From the NCBI GenBank assembly GCA_047967505.1, contig CM106538.1: a DNA stretch of 64,000 bases; one strand, given 5' to 3'. How positions within the stretch are numbered: the first letter of the stretch is position 1; each line of letters opens with the position of its first letter. The notes beneath the pieces were generated by a model. It saw only the letters and a list, made by a program, of their open reading frames with translations, was not told where the DNA came from and searched no databases. This document shows positions 34,365 through 48,000 of this stretch, piece after piece. The DNA is from Dipteris shenzhenensis (lineage: Eukaryota). Both the position numbers and the translations under genes were made by a program.

Positions 34365-37300
34365 CACCCACATGGTAGGCCATGTTGTAGCCCCATGCCT
34401 ACCCCTATTTCTATGGTCTACCACCCCATGCACTCCACATGCAGGGGCTCACAGGTGGGGAGGTACCAACCCTATTCCACCTCATAGATCAAGATTGGTT
34501 GGGCAAATGCCAATAAGTCATGCCAATTGTAGCACTATGTGGAAGCTAGAGAAACTCTTTGTGGATGCATCACACCCTCGAAGTAGCACCTTGGATGTGA
34601 CATTTAGTTCGCTTGCCTCAACGTCCATGTGCTTCACAAGGTTCTTGGTGTGGTGTTTCAGGATAATTCTCCCTATTTCTTAGAAAATCCAAGCAATCAT
34701 GCCTTTGCAAAATGGTGTGGTTTGGTTAGTCACTTGTTGGAGATCCTTTAGTGGAGATCCTTTAGTTATTGGGGAAGTAATGGCAACCCTACTCAATTGA
34801 CCTACATAGTGGCAAGGAGGGTTACCATCAAGGTTCGTAATTGTAAATGACTTTGCTTAAATAGAACATTTAGTACTATCGTGGGCATCCAAATCAGAGG
34901 TGGAACCATACTAGACCTTAATAACTTGAAAATGAATTGCTTCTTGACACGAGGCATCTACCATCACATTGCTATGGAACTCCTCATGCATACTGAAAAC
35001 TTCTTGATTGTGTGAACTCAAAGTTCCACTTCAAAACAAGCTTTGAACCTTCCAAATTGATAGCAAAGTGTGCTTTCATACACATGTATTGTTGGAGATC
35101 TTTCTTTTGGCCTTTTCTAGGTGTGAAGGTGTATCTATAAGGAGTGGATATGGTTCCAAGCCATGCTTATCTTAGGACTTTTGCGTACTAGTATAGGTAC
35201 TTTGGGTATGGCTTGTAGGATGTTATCACGATGTACTCTGAAGTGGGTTGTTTTTTGCATCTTCTTTCAACATATCATTTTTTTTTTAATTATATTAATT
35301 CTCATCGGTTTAGTAATCAAGTTGCATATATGTTGCCATAAGTCAATTACTCTCACCTTTCATAGTTAATTCTACTATGTGCATATTATAATGACTAAAC
35401 CAAGTTGCATATATTGTGACATATGTTATTGGTTTGATTTATGGGTATCTTTTATAGCTTATCATAGTGTGTGCCGCCCATCTCCTTGAGAATATCATCG
35501 CACTCGCATATGACACAATGTTGCACATTGGGAGCAAAGGCCCTTTGCATATTGTTATTATGGATGATTTTTCCATGAAAGGGAGGGAATATATCTGCAT
35601 GTAAATGAAACACTATGGGTGGTGGCAGGGAAAAGGTACAGATCGTCCTTGAAAATAAAATGCTCTTGCACAACGATGTGCCTTTGTAAATTGGGTTGAG
35701 TGGATATTCATATGTTGATTGATTTTGTCCCTTGTATCTTGACATCCCTAACAATGGGTTGACCTTGCAATTTTTGGGTTGGTTCTTAAGTTGGGCTTGG
35801 CCTAACTTGGTATGTTCCTTTCCCTAGTATTTAACTTGCATGGTCCTTTGGTGGTTCTTCCATTCTCAAGTCTATCGACCCCTTGCTCATTGGTTGCTTG
35901 AAACTGGTCCTTTGTTGAGGTTTGTCTCAAAGCATGGTGCCTTATTAAGATTCATCTTGACTTTGTCTTACTCTACTACGGTTGAGCAGATTTGGTATTG
36001 TATGAAGTTTTTGTACCATAGATGCTATTTTCGATAGAGAAAGCTAGGGTGTTATCTTGGATATGTGTCTTGTTGAATTGGTGCCTTGGTACTTGTATGG
36101 GTTACCTTGCCTAGATCATAAGGGCTTGCATGCTTTCAAGCTTTCTAGAAAATAACGTCATAATGGCTAGTGCTATTCTCTTGCCCTTATCATTTGGCAT
36201 GTGGTTACCTTGAGCTATAGATGTTGAGTATGAGGATTATCTTGATCTTGACAATATGATAGATTATGTAGGATGCGTTTCTATAATTGTATGTTGCCCT
36301 TTAAGAAATTTAGCAAAATTGTACCTTACGTCATCAAAGAATTAGGAGTGATGACAAAAGGTGCTCATTTTTTTGTGCTCATTCATGGTGGAATGTGGCG
36401 AAGAATTTGCTAGAATACTTGAAGGATCTACACCATTGATAGCTTCCCAATCCTTCAAGTTTGTGATTCTTGTGAAAGGGTATGCCATCTTTGTTTACAA
36501 TGCTTTCATGAATCACAATCAAGAACTCTTTGTGTGGCATTATCATCAGAATTCTTTACATGCCAATCCATGAGTTTTAGTACTGATTTACAATAAAATA
36601 TGTCTTATGCCAAGAATCATAAACATGTGCTGGAAAACTTCTTGAGATATAAATGTATATGATACAACTTATTATATTGATCTATACCACTTTTACATTG
36701 CCATATGCTCCTCTGACAAAAAGAGACACAATCATTTAGATAAGAATGAACGATGTCATAATACATAATACCATTTTTTTGTGCACCCAACCTTGAGTTT
36801 GAAAGTATATGTGGGATTGGTAAAAAATCCTATCATGAAGCAACCTCTTTGTAGTAAGAATTGAGAAAGTAAAGAAAAATAATGGCTGGACATTTAGTTG
36901 ATAAAAAGAAGCGTACTAACCAGACTCAATGAAGTTGCATGCATTTAGATGCTCTCAACATCCTAGCACCTTCATATATGAAAGTGTTTTAACCTCTTCT
37001 TGTTTTCTTGATCAATGCTAATTGAGTTCATTATTTGCATTTTCTTAAATGTACAAAAAGTGCATCCATCATCTCTTTCATGATTGGATAATATGCGAGT
37101 TCAAAAACTTCATCCTCATTCTCAATGTCATTATCAATGTCTTGTAGATGTTTGATTCATTATCATGGAAACAAATGCAAAAATGAGCTTCAAAATTACT
37201 ATGAATAGCACCTTGGAATAAAATAAATGAGAAACACAAATAATAACAAAGTACATGGAAGTTTCATTGGCATTATTAGGCCACATAGGCATTGGTATGG

Positions 37301-38704
37301 GTTAGCGATGGCATTTTTGATTTGATGTAGAATACGATACTTTTATTTATTTTTAACATGCATTATGGGAAACAAATGATTAGGACCCATTTGGCCAGTG
37401 GCCTTTGTGGAATGTTGTAAATATCTCATAAACATGCATTATGAATACAAAATCGTAAGAGTAAGAGTTCCCATTTTTTCATGACATGCAAATTTTTTTG
37501 GTTGTTGATCATCTTTCTATTGCGGGACATCCTCGAACAAGCTCTAACTATCAAAGAACGATAGTTAAATATCCGCCATGAGTTAATCTTTGATTTTGAT
37601 GAAGGCCCCTCCTACAAGCAGTAATCCGCATGCATGTACCTCCAAGTGTACAAACTTCATGCTCATCGCATACACACTTTTGAGGACATGCATGACACTC
37701 AGTTCTGGGAGCCCCATTTTCCATTTTGTTGGATCTCTCAATGACTACTCAATCGGCATCCCTTGTCCAAGCAACACAAACTTCAAGTCTAATCAGGACA
37801 TGTTGATCTAAGGATGCATCAATTGAAGGGGTGAATGTTAACCATTTGGGTTAACATTATTACATTTGTCACCTTCTTGCAACTCTTGTGAATATGTGTA
37901 ATGCACCCATGAATTTTGTTAGAAGTTACCTTGGAGCTGTAGTAGCGGCCCAAAAGGGTTGTAAAACTAGGAATAAGATAGTAGAATGGTAGGAAGCGGA
38001 GTGAATATAATGTTGGACCTCCCTTCAAAAGGTGTATTATATAAAAGGCCAAAAGGCAAACTTTAGTCTTCAATCGTTGTTACTTGCAAGTTTGAGGAAT
38101 ACAAGCTCTCTTCTTCGAAGAGTATGTATATGTTCTTCTTGCTCTTGCCTTTGTGAATGCCTCTCACCCCATTGCTACTCTCTTGCTTCATTCTTTCCAC
38201 TCGCTCTCCCTCTCCTTCCCCTCTCTTTCTCACCCCATTGCTGCTCTCTTTACACACTACCATGGGAAGGGGCCAATCCTCTTCAAAATTTCAAATTAAA
38301 AAATGTCTTCCACCTTTCTCCTACCATCTAATCACTTCGCCTCTAGCTGTCTCCTACTCCCTCCTCCCACCAATCTCCAATTCCATCTCCCTCCTCCTCC
38401 CTCCTACTTGCAAGATCCTTCTTCCTCCTTTCCCCACTTGTGTGCTCCTTCGTCCTTTGTCTCCTATCCTTCTCTCCTCATCTTCCCTCATAAGAGCTCC
38501 CTCCTTGTCCATGCCTGATCCTCCTCTCTTTTATCCATACTCCTCCTCCCTTCTCCTTTTTCATCCTCTCTAGTCTTCACCAACATGTAGATCTCCTACA
38601 ATGCATGATTTTGTTTCCTCCATATCGTACTTTAGAATTACATTTCCCTTAACTTTCCTCTACTTTATCTATTTGAATCTACTATTAGGGGTTCCCACGC
38701 TATA

Positions 38705-40905
38705 TCTTCAATTGTCCCCAACCAGGGCACCATTTGAACTTGTATTTGGAGGGCTCAAAATGCAAACTCATAGAAGTGCCATTTGAGCTTATAGTTGGAG
38801 GCTTGATACGCAAGTACACAAACTTGGGGGGTAAAATATTTGATGAAAATTTGTGCCACAATATTCATTTACAATAAAAAAAGACATCTACTAACCTTTT
38901 GGATGGAAGGAAGCTTATATCCCATTGAACTTTCTACACAATAGATCCTTCTATTTTATACTATGCATGATTTTGTTCAATCTATTTGATATGGGAATGT
39001 TGTATTTATTGATATTGCAATTGATAAAATAACAGCTATACAAGAGAGGTGTGAAAGGATCAAGAAAAATAACTGGTGCATTTGGGGGATCATACAATTG
39101 TTAGAATACAGCACTGCATAAAAGATCTTTAGTTGTGTAAAACAGAAAGTTTCATGTCAAATACAATACTTTGGCCTTGGAGTGAGAGGGATTTCAAGAC
39201 TCACTCTATGACCATTATGAGATATAAATATTCATTGGAAAGATCAATAAACTCCAAGAATTAAGAGTTCCTATATAGAAGAAAAGGGAGAAGATGACAA
39301 AACAAGTAGAAGAACAAGGGGACACCAACGGGATTCAAGAATAGGAAAATGCATATTAAACCTATAGAGTGCTAGAAATAGGTGGTGGTGGAAGAGGAGA
39401 ATCTAGGCTATAAATTGGTATTAAATTCTATGCTTAACCTATCTAGTTCTAGAACATTCAAAATATTTCTTAATTCTATGCTTAATCTATCCAGTTGTAG
39501 AACATTCAAAATATTTCTTAAATTCTATGCTTAATCTATCCAGTTCTAGAACATTCAAAATATTTCTTAAATTCTATGCTTAATCTATCCAGTTCTAGAA
39601 CATTCAAAATATTGCTTTATTTGTTCTAAGACTTTTCCTTTTTCCTTATTTATGAACTTTATGAAAAACAGAACCGGAGCAATTGGCATGGATAAATTGA
39701 AATTTCATCTCCTTTGAAAAGTATATTGAAGCCATCACATATATTTACAATGTTAAAGGAACCAAGACACAAAGGCCTCTTTGTGCAAGTTTCTTGAGAA
39801 ATCATAAAGGACTTTAAGGGAGTTATGGATAAAAGGAGATTCTTGGAGCTTGTGACATTGCTAGTGTGATCTACGATGTTTACATAGAAATTCTCAAGTC
39901 TTCTACTAGAGCAAAGTCTTTGAAATCTATATTGCCACTACCAATACCTTGATTTGTAAATCTTGCCTAACTTAGAAACAAGCCATCGTGTGAGAGAAAA
40001 GCAAGGAGGATGTTGTTGTGTAAGTGGCACAATGACTTGGAAGCTGGCATGATCAAAAGCTACCTATGTCATTTCATATGAATGCTCTCAATGATGTTTA
40101 CTTAGATATTCAAAATTTGTAGAATTCCATGGTTGAATTCCATGGAAGTGAGAACATGGTAACAATGAATTACTTCTTTGTGTTGTAATATTTCTTAGTT
40201 TCTTCTTATGCTTCCAAACAAGTTCCTGTCCCACCACAACTTCAAGAAACAAAACCTTACCTTGCCTCACAACATTTTGGGTTGGCAATACTAGAATTCT
40301 TTGTTCAATTTCACTAATATTAGGCTTCACAATCTCAAATAGCTACTTTTGAGAGTAAAAGTGTGGGCAAGCTCAATGTGGTAATGGGGAGAGTCGATAT
40401 CATATAGTTGATGGTAAAATCATGGGGAGATTTGCATATCACACATTACATGGTAAGCCTACCATTGTGATTTGGTGAACCTGCATCACTTTAATTTTTA
40501 TTGCCACCATTAAGACATACATGCTTCATCTTGATGTTTACACCATATCCTTTACACACATGTACCTACTTGGTTGGTGGAGAAATTGGGGCCGTTTCCA
40601 TTTGAAACACTCAAGGCATGAAGAAGTCCCATTGTATAGCAAAGGCAATCTACCTCAACAATTCAAGGCATGGTGGTGGTATCACCCGTAGTAACAATGT
40701 ACTACATGATATGCTTGAGTGGGTTTATGGATGTTTTTCAGGAACGACTCTTAAGCACAAGAAAACAAAGTAATTAGAGTTACAAAAGTAGCTCATCTTG
40801 TGGGAATGACCATGATGAGGGCTTCTTCAATTGTCCCCAACTAGGGCACCATTTGAACTTGTATTTGGAGGGCTCAAAATGCAAACTCATAGAAGTGCCA
40901 TTTGA
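38705..40905. repeat. 82-bp direct repeat pair (38705-38786 and 40824-40905) enclosing ~2 kb
   Basis: TCTTCAATTGTCCCCAACYAGGGCACCATTTGAACTTG...GAAGTGCCATTTGA, one mismatch. Confidence 0.9.
39423..39613. repeat. 48-49-bp minisatellite, ~4 copies
   Basis: Unit AATTCTATGCTTAATCTATCCAGTTCTAGAACATTCAAAATATTTCTTA starting 39424, 39472, 39521, 39570. Confidence 0.95.
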
Positions 40906-42948
40906 AGTTGTATTTGGAGGGCTTCTTGGAAGTTCTACTTAGAGGTAAGGAGTTGCACTTCGGTTGCAATATAAGATGTGTGTGTGTGTGTGCGCGCAAG
41001 CATGCATGCATGCGTGTGTGTGCCCACATGTTTGAGTCCATGCACTCGGGTGCATGTGCACATGTTTGTGCACATGTGGATGTGTTAGCTTGCATGCATG
41101 CGACAAGATTGTAACTAAAGAGAATAATGTTGATGATTCATCTCAACCTCATGTGTTCATATGATCATAGCACTAACACAAAGAGCACTAAAAAGGCACA
41201 AGTGTTGGAAACCCTAACCCTAACCCTAAAGGGTATGTATATATTCATTTTTTCAACTAATATAGTGTATATCACTATATTCATTCTTTTCAACCTCCTG
41301 TGTTCATTTGTGCATAGCACTAACACAAAGAGTGCTAAAAAGGCACAAGGGTTGGAAATCCTCACCCTAATTCTAAAGGGGTATGTATATATTCATTCTT
41401 TTCAACTAATATAGTATATAGTTAGTCATTTGTGGTGTGCTCTCTAGCTCATGCCCTCTCTCTACTCTTCTCCTCTCCCTCTTTATATTTGTTCATGGTA
41501 TGCGAGCATGGTTGTGCCTTCCACCACTAAGGCACCATCCTTGATACTATGAGAGAGATTGAGTGTTTTCTTCTTTCATTCCATTGGTGAGAGAAATTTT
41601 GTTTAGGTGAAAAATATTTTTGTTCATCCCTTTGAAAATTTCCATCCATTATTTGAGAGATGTACAATGAGAGAGAGGTTTCCATTGAGAGGGAAAGAGG
41701 TAGCTTTGTGATTCTCAAGAGTCTCTATTCCATGAGCAAAAGAAACAATTCTTTCATTTCTTTACCGATTGAGATAGTGAGTTTCCAAAGCTTTGACTTT
41801 CAGGTAGTTTGCAGCATTGCTAAGCTTTGACTTAAAAACCTAATTGATAAATAATGCTAAAAGCCAAAGAACAAAACGCTAGAATAAGCCTAATCAAACA
41901 TTGTTGAATTATGGCTAATTCAGTGCCATGCTAAATTAGCTAGTGGACTGGCAGTTGACCTCAAGTTGACTCTTAGCTCACTTTTATAGCTTGTACCTAC
42001 GGTGTTCACTTATACTGCTTGGCTAGGAAGTCACAAGGGGATGTCGCCCCTTGACCTCGTGTCAAAGTGGAATCAACTTAGAATTGGGTCTCAAGAGTGC
42101 CGAACAATACATAAACTTGAGATCAAGAAGAATCCTAGAGGCTAGGATCTCTAACCCTAATTTAGAGGACAGTGCCTCAAATACCCTCTTGTCAACCTAT
42201 ACACCTAGCTCTACATCCTTAAGTTCAACAAGCTCGAAGATCAATTCTTATGCCGCGCATGAACCACCACAAATTGACATGTTCTTAGTGTCCTCAAACT
42301 CTAGCCTTAATGATCCCTAGTCTCCTACCTCTTCTACAACAAATAGATTAGGGGTACCTTTTCCAATATGATAGGGAGGTTTGGAATATAAGACCCCAAC
42401 ATGGTGAGCCCATTCGCAAGGAAAACCAGAGTGCCAGTGAAGCCACAAGGCCCACCATCATGGACTATGCTAGAAGGCATGCGAAGTATTCCAACTTCCT
42501 TCGTGAATACTATAGCCCTGCATGTGCACTTCTATGAGGGAGGATCATAATTTAGTGACATGTTTGAGCCTAGGATACTAAGTGACTATCCCTTGTAGTG
42601 GGATACATAGTGACAATCATTCATAGTGGGATTTTCCCCCAGTGGACCCAATAGATATCAATGCTCCACTCTTGTGTAACTACGCTGTGTAACTACGCAG
42701 GAACCAGCTAACTCTACTTGTAAGCCCCCCATATGAGGAGAAGGCATTTGAGTAGCTTGGTTATCCAGTAGGTCCTGGTTTGGACACCAGATGGGGGCCA
42801 TGTGTGGCCTGATGGCTAGACGGCTTCAGATAGAGTTGGCACATTGCCAACTAGGCTACATGCAAGTGTAGGAAGGCATCCCATGACTGACCGCACTGAG
42901 GGTAGACGGAGCATTTCCCGAGGCAGCCCACTCTCGGGTTGCGGGGTC

Positions 42949-45040
42949 TGTTAGGAGCCCCAAATGATCTCGGATGGCTCTGGGCTGAACGACGTCCATA
43001 GGTCAGTTGCTCTATTCTGCACCATGGTTCTAACGTGTGGTCGGTGGCCTATTTCGAGACTGACCTCCACTCGGCCGTTTTGGGCTGAATAGGTCGGTCT
43101 CCCAATTGGGTCTAATCGACTACGACTGGTGGCTATATAAGAGCAAGCCCATATTCATCACTGGCTATAACAACCCTGATTCCTTAGCATCCAGCCTATG
43201 TCCTCTACTATTTCTAGCATGCCATCAAAGCTTCTCACACAGGAGCACATGGCTAGGAGGCAGCGCCATCTATTGTATCAGTTTTATAGTAATCAAATTT
43301 TTGATTCTCCATACTATCTACTTTTCTCTCTTGCATACGAGATCCTATTATCTGTTGAGCACAGACGTTGTATTTTTTTCTTACATGGTATCAGAGCTTG
43401 GGCTCTAGCAAGAAGATTTGGTAGTGTCTTTCTGTTTGCGAGCAGATTATGAGAGATGGCCCAGCCCGCAAGACTGCGAATCCCACTGTTCGACGAAAGC
43501 GGAAAGTTGGACGGCGCTAACTATCCACTCTGGAAGTTCAAGATGAAGACCATCCTAAGCGCATATGAGCTTTGGGATACTGCTACTGGGGTGGACGTGA
43601 AGCCGGTTGTGAGACCGAATCTAGCCAATGCAGGACAACAGATAGTACCAACTGCAGATCAGATTCACCTACCAAAAATTACAGAACTGCCTGATGTATG
43701 TGAAGCTTGCATGATGGGCAAGTAGCATCGGTAGCCCTATCCTAAAGAGGCCAGCAAGGCAAAGGCTCCTCTAGAGCTCGTTCACATGGACCTCTGTGGA
43801 AAGATGGAGATGGAAGCTTTGGGTGGTTCCTACTACTTCATGACACTGATCAACGACTACAGTAGAAGGATATGGATATACTTTCTGAAGACTAAATATG
43901 AGGCTTTTAGTAAGTTCAAAGAATGGCATGTAATGGTCGAGAAAGAAACGGGGAGGAAGGTGAAGAAGTTGAGATCATACAGAGGTGGTGAGTTCACATC
44001 AAGTGAATTCAAAAGTTACTACAAAAGTCACGGGATCAAGAGGCAGAAACCTCATCCACATACATCACAGCAAAATGGAGTAGCAGAGCGCAAGATGCGC
44101 GTCATCTGCAAAATGGGTAGGAGTATGATGAAAGGGGAAGATTTGCCAAAGACTTTCTAGGCTGAAGCATGTAACACGGCCATTTACATTCTGAATCGTA
44201 GCTACACGAAGGCTGTGAATGGGATGACTCCACTACAGGCCTTTTCTGGTAAGAAACCTTTAGCTGCACATTTCAGAGTTTTTGGATGTGACTGTTTTGT
44301 GCATGTCCCTCATGCTAACAGGACCAAATGGGAACCGAAGAGCCGAAAGTGTATTTTCTTGGGCTACAGTGAAGAGGCAAAGGGTAACCGTCTCTATAAT
44401 CCTGTTACCAAGAAGGTAATAGTAAGTCATGATGTCATCTTCTCAGAATAGCCGCATCAATTGGAGGAGGATGCTTCCTTCCCAGATAGCCAGGACTAGG
44501 ATATCCATCTAGTACAACCACCAACAATAGACCGAACTCCCCCAATGGTGCTTGGGAGGATTCAAGATAAAGATGAGGAAGAAGAGCCTATAGAACCACA
44601 ATGGCAGCGACCATTCCTGAAGTGGGTAAAGCAGCTTTTGGACGGCAAAGAACCTCCAGCCATTGAGGAGGAACCATCCGAACACCGCCGGTCCAAGAGA
44701 TTAGAGGAGTAAAGAAGGGTGCAGGAACACTTGGTCAACTATGCTCTGATGAAAGGAGGATGAAAGAGGTCATCGGTGCCAAAGAACCCAAGTGTCTTGA
44801 AGAGGCACAGGGTGATGATAGGTGGATGGAGGCTATGCAGTCGGAGTATGGCTCCATAATGAAGAACAACACTTGGGACCTTGTAGATCGACCATCAAAA
44901 CGCAAGGTAATCAGCACCAAGTGGGTGTACAAGACCAAGTACAAGTCCGATGGCACATTGGATAAGTACAAGGCTCGCCTCGTGGCAAAAGGATTTGCAC
45001 AGGTACATGGTTTTGATTATCAGGATACTTTTCTTCCACA
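42949..45040 (+). mobile_element. Nested Ty1/Copia fragment (5' LTR, PBS, deleted gag, integrase, start of RT)
   Basis: LTR ending TTACA 43385, PBS TGGTATCAGAGC 43386-43397; KLDGANYPLWKFKMK; MDLCG...NDYSRRIWIYFLK...QQNGVAER; NNTWDLVD...YKARLVAKGF; truncated ~45040. LTR start approximate. Confidence 0.88.
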
Positions 45041-48000
45041 GCATAGTTATTGCCACACTTTCTGATTGGACTATGGGATTTGAAGCTTCATGATCATCCC
45101 TTTACCGTGAATCCCATGTATTCGCGTTGTGTAGCAAGGCTACTATGTGCTTAGATGACAACATGAAAGAAAAGTCCCAAGGAGGAAGGATTGCATCTAT
45201 CTCCTCAGAAGTATCGACAGCAAACTTGAAGGTCACTACGTCAAGTTAAGTCAAGGAGACGACCATGCCCACCAAGGGCATGAATATGGGGGAACTGGCT
45301 ACTAATTTATTAAATCAGTTAAGCCAACAATTGAAGGGAGGCAAGGCCAAGGAAGCCCCTAGTAATCCCCACCTGTTCATAAGGTGTGATAATGTGTGGT
45401 GTGGGATCTGAAATGGGAACCATCCTACCAATGAGTGCCCTCACTCTTGAGCAAGGCCTGCACTCTAGTGCATGCATTGTGCACGATGGGGGAGCCATGA
45501 GACATCCTAGTCAGTATCCCAAGGTCATCTCCTAGCCGATGTACCAACAATGGCCACCTCTTACTTTACCCACACTGCCAAATCCATCCAATTAGGGACA
45601 ATTAACAATACAAGGAGCCACTCCTACCAACCAAGTGCAATTTAGGGATCAAAATCTCTCGTTACCCCACCTACAATGGAACCTCAACCACCTCCATCAG
45701 AAATCACTCCTATGAAATAGGTCTTAGTGGAGGAACTATCTAGGGATTGGGAAGAACTGGCTCACAAACTTAGTGGAAGTGATTACTCTCAATACAATAA
45801 TACTACGAGTTAGTCCATCTATATAAGTCATTATGTCACGCACAATGACCAACATATCCTTATCTACTGAATGGTTCCTATCTGTTAGCTGGTGAGAGAT
45901 ATGAACACCTTGACAAGGAGATCATTTGTTCAATTGTATTCATGTCAAGGAACCCATAGGGCTGGTAAATAACCATACAAAATGGTGACCAACCAGCTGA
46001 TATTGTGCTACAAGTACCAAGGACCTCACTTTGTAAAAGATTGCCCATACAAGGATGATCAAACCATACAAGTGGTAGCCACATCCAATGCAAGTGCATT
46101 GCTGTGTTTTGGTTGTGGAATGGATCACCTTTACATGCATGTCCTATTCAAGGGCCACCTAGAACTACCAATGATCCTAAATTTAGCATTAACTTGTTGA
46201 GTGTAGAAAGAGGCCAACTATCCTCGGTGCCCTCAAATGTGATAACCAGTTCCCAAGCCAAGGCCTTCAGTATGGAGCTGATAAGCAAGCAAAAAGAGAC
46301 AAATTTAATACATTACAACCTAGAGAAACAACTCAATCTATATGCAAAAATACTAAGGGTGGCACTAAGATTGGAAAGGGCCATGATAAGGTCATCCTTT
46401 AGGACAGGTCTGATGAGACGACACTGCCACCCTAGCCACATCATCTTCTTCTAGTGTACTTTCTCAAATGGAGGCTTGATCAATCCTCCTCCTCCCATCT
46501 CCTACCAAGGTAAGAGAGTGAATGCAATCTTGGATGGAGGAGGAGGTGTAAGCATAGTTACTAAGAAGTGCTAGGCCAAGTGGGGATGACATAAGATGGA
46601 CAGCACAAAGCTTGTAGTACCCAAGCCAACCGGATGTCTATGATGTGACATTGGGTAGGCATTTCATGTGTACTGCAGGATTGGTCCATGACTGGAACTC
46701 AAAAAGAATATACTTACGTAAGGATGAGAAAGTTATGAGGGTGGATTTCCAATGTAGAAAGCTCACCTATGTCCAAAAATCTATTTGTAGCACTAAAACC
46801 ACCAATAGGTCGACATCGGTAAATGTGTTCAAAGCCTATAAGGAAGAAGACAATGAGAAGAGTCATGAAGACTCTTGATGTGCTCCTTTACAAGAGCTAG
46901 AAGACTTCCTAAATTGGATGCATACACCGGCCATAATCAATCCACTAAGTGCTAAAGGAACTCAGATGATGCACCTTGAAAATAATCAACCTATTGCCAT
47001 TACACATTTTTACACCATAAGGACAATTTTACTTAATGAAATTGAACCTACAATTGATAACTCCTTCGATACTAAGGAGATAGATATTACTCCATCTCAA
47101 ATTTGGGTAGAGCTAATATCAATAGGTGCACCATGCTGAATATAGGCCATGGCATATGCTCAAGCAATCTCGTCTCCTTGGAAACATTCAAACATCTCAG
47201 CTAGGTACTCCTTGAAGTTTGTGATTCTAAAATTCAATCCGTAGGAAGTACCTCAATTAAGGTTGTTAGTTCTTTAATGATAAAGGTTTCCATGGATAAG
47301 CACGTTGCACCTTGCAAGTCTTTTGTAGCACCTTAACAAAAGCCGCAATTCTTGGTAGTGTTGGATCCAAGACATTAAGGGTTGTTTGGTGATGAATCAT
47401 TCCATCAAGATGCTACCAAATGGACCAACATTCAAATCATTAACATCAACATTGAATTCCAACTCTCAACCTCTACAAGCACCTCACCAACAAAGAAGAC
47501 AAAGAAGAAGAGGAACCAAGCAAGTGTGGGTCCAAAAGGATCTACTAGAGCCACAAGGGTACTTTGAAGGTGAATCATATGTTAGGATTCCAACCAAACC
47601 TCACCATCAAAAGCCATCCCATTATGGAAACAACAAACATCAACATTGAAGAACAAAATGACTCTACAATACCATTGGGTTCCCACAAGACTACTAGAGG
47701 CCCAAGGATATTACCTTGAAAACACTTATATTAAGGTACCCAAGGTACTAGGTGTAACAAGAGCACCTCCATCATTTTTAAGTAGCAACAACAATGTGCG
47801 CAACAAAGATCAAAAGAAAGAATGGATGCCCAAGCCTCTAAAATCATCATCATCAACAAAAGAGAGGAAACCATCAAATTCAGGACTATTGAGATTATGA
47901 AAAAATCAAGACAAAGATCAGAGAGCAGAACCACAAGAACCTACCTTGAAAAAGGTAGAACAACAAGAACCTGCTCACAAGGGAAAAGCACCAATATAAG

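Noticed and set aside
39423-39613. CRISPR-like regular array
   Set aside because: Head-to-tail identical units with no unique spacers; eukaryotic context, no cas genes.
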